DNA of 32,000 nucleotides from Alphaproteobacteria bacterium (GTDB lineage Bacteria; Pseudomonadota; Alphaproteobacteria; Rs-D84): NCBI GenBank assembly GCA_017475605.1, contig JAFVFD010000005.1, positions 90,001 to 122,000 of the forward strand, read 5' to 3'. Shown piece by piece: positions 31,477 to 32,000 of this stretch (position 1 is its first letter; each line of letters starts with the position of its first letter). The notes under the pieces were generated by a model. It saw only the letters and a program-made list of their open reading frames with translations, ran no database searches and was not told where the DNA came from. The position numbers and the translations under genes were made by a program.

Positions 31477-32000
31477 TTATTCACTCGTTTTTGTCAGATA
31501 TGCCAGATAATTTTTTACTGTCTGTTCAAAATCAGATTGGGCCAGTTTTGAATAATCGGTTTCCATATATGCTTCACACAACCACTCATCATTCCATTTA
31601 ACAGGTTTTTTTGCGGTAAAACCATCTCTAACATCCAAATTTTCATATAAATCTAACCATTCTTTTTTGATTTTTTCCCAACGATTGAATTTATCAATAC
31701 GACCTAGTTTTTTTGCCTTTACAAAACCATCATCTTTGTAATATCCAAAGAACGTTTGCTTGGTTGAATCGTGTGGTTTATGTGCAGTCCAAACCATTAC
31801 ACAGACATTGGTACTAGCATTATTTGAATAAAATATATCATCTGGCATTGAAAACACCGCTTTTAATGTGTGGTCCTTGAACAATCTTTCTCGCTCGGTT
31901 TTGAATTTTGTCCCTATAGCACATGACATAGGCACAACCACAACACCTGTTCCACCAGGTACCAACAAATCCAACATGTTTTGAACAAATTCTAATTCGG
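31477..32000 (-). CDS. hsdM: N6-adenine DNA methyltransferase (Type I HsdM-like or Type IIB/IIG-like), C-terminal part only; the 5' end lies beyond the window edge
   Basis: The frame stays open upstream of the track's ATG (..ELEFVQNMLDLLVPGGTGVVVVPMSC...RERLFKDHTLKAVFSMPDDIFYSNNASTNVCVMVW). This matches the region just after the catalytic motif of the N6_Mtase family (L.pGG..a.V.P......e..R..L.....l.aV..lP...F......t.i.v.). Confidence 0.65.
   Translation of the reverse strand, partial: ELEFVQNMLDLLVPGGTGVVVVPMSCAIGTKFKTERERLFKDHTLKAVFSMPDDIFYSNNASTNVCVMVWTAHKPHDSTKQTFFGYYKDDGFVKAKKLGRIDKFNRWEKIKKEWLDLYENLDVRDGFTAKKPVKWNDEWLCEAYMETDYSKLAQSDFEQTVKNYLAYLTKTSE

Overview
This is a chromosomal window from a diderm (Gram-negative) bacterium. 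The eno, rpoA, rplQ and lptB products look alphaproteobacterium-like by eye; I ran no search. Recognisable housekeeping genes are eno, lptC-lptB and a stand-alone rpoA-rplQ pair. They are interspersed with an unusually dense set of exported envelope proteins. These include a 1731-aa autotransporter, an OmpA-family lipoprotein and several large signal-peptide proteins that are very rich in cysteine. Four of these (720..1580, 1588..3624, 19897..21993, 23240..26194) share a recurring C-x6-C-x4-6-C-x6-C module, so they look like one paralogous family. I do not recognise it as any named family. Two family members and a 1329-aa mosaic neighbour (3653..7642) also carry glycine-zipper-like segments; the third large member (23240..26194) carries an Ala/Val/Gly-rich hydrophobic segment at the equivalent position. 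The mosaic protein combines beta-sandwich domains, Cys repeats, a glycine zipper, EGF-like repeats and an OmpA_C domain. The tandem 720..7642 operon plus these dispersed paralogues is my best candidate for an undescribed disulfide-rich envelope system. The right end carries an AT-rich restriction-modification M+S module that runs off the window edge. One real gene at the left edge (1..573, minus strand) is missing from the ORF track. A 43-codon ORF with its own near-consensus promoter (15808..15939, minus) is also below the track threshold. Intergenic regions show many near-consensus TTGACA/TATAAT promoters, two of them placed for leaderless mRNAs. They also show a recurring family of GC-rich bidirectional terminator hairpins. 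I saw no rRNA, tRNA, CRISPR array, transposase or integrase. All functional calls rest on motif recognition by eye. No database search, structure prediction or composition calculation was possible.
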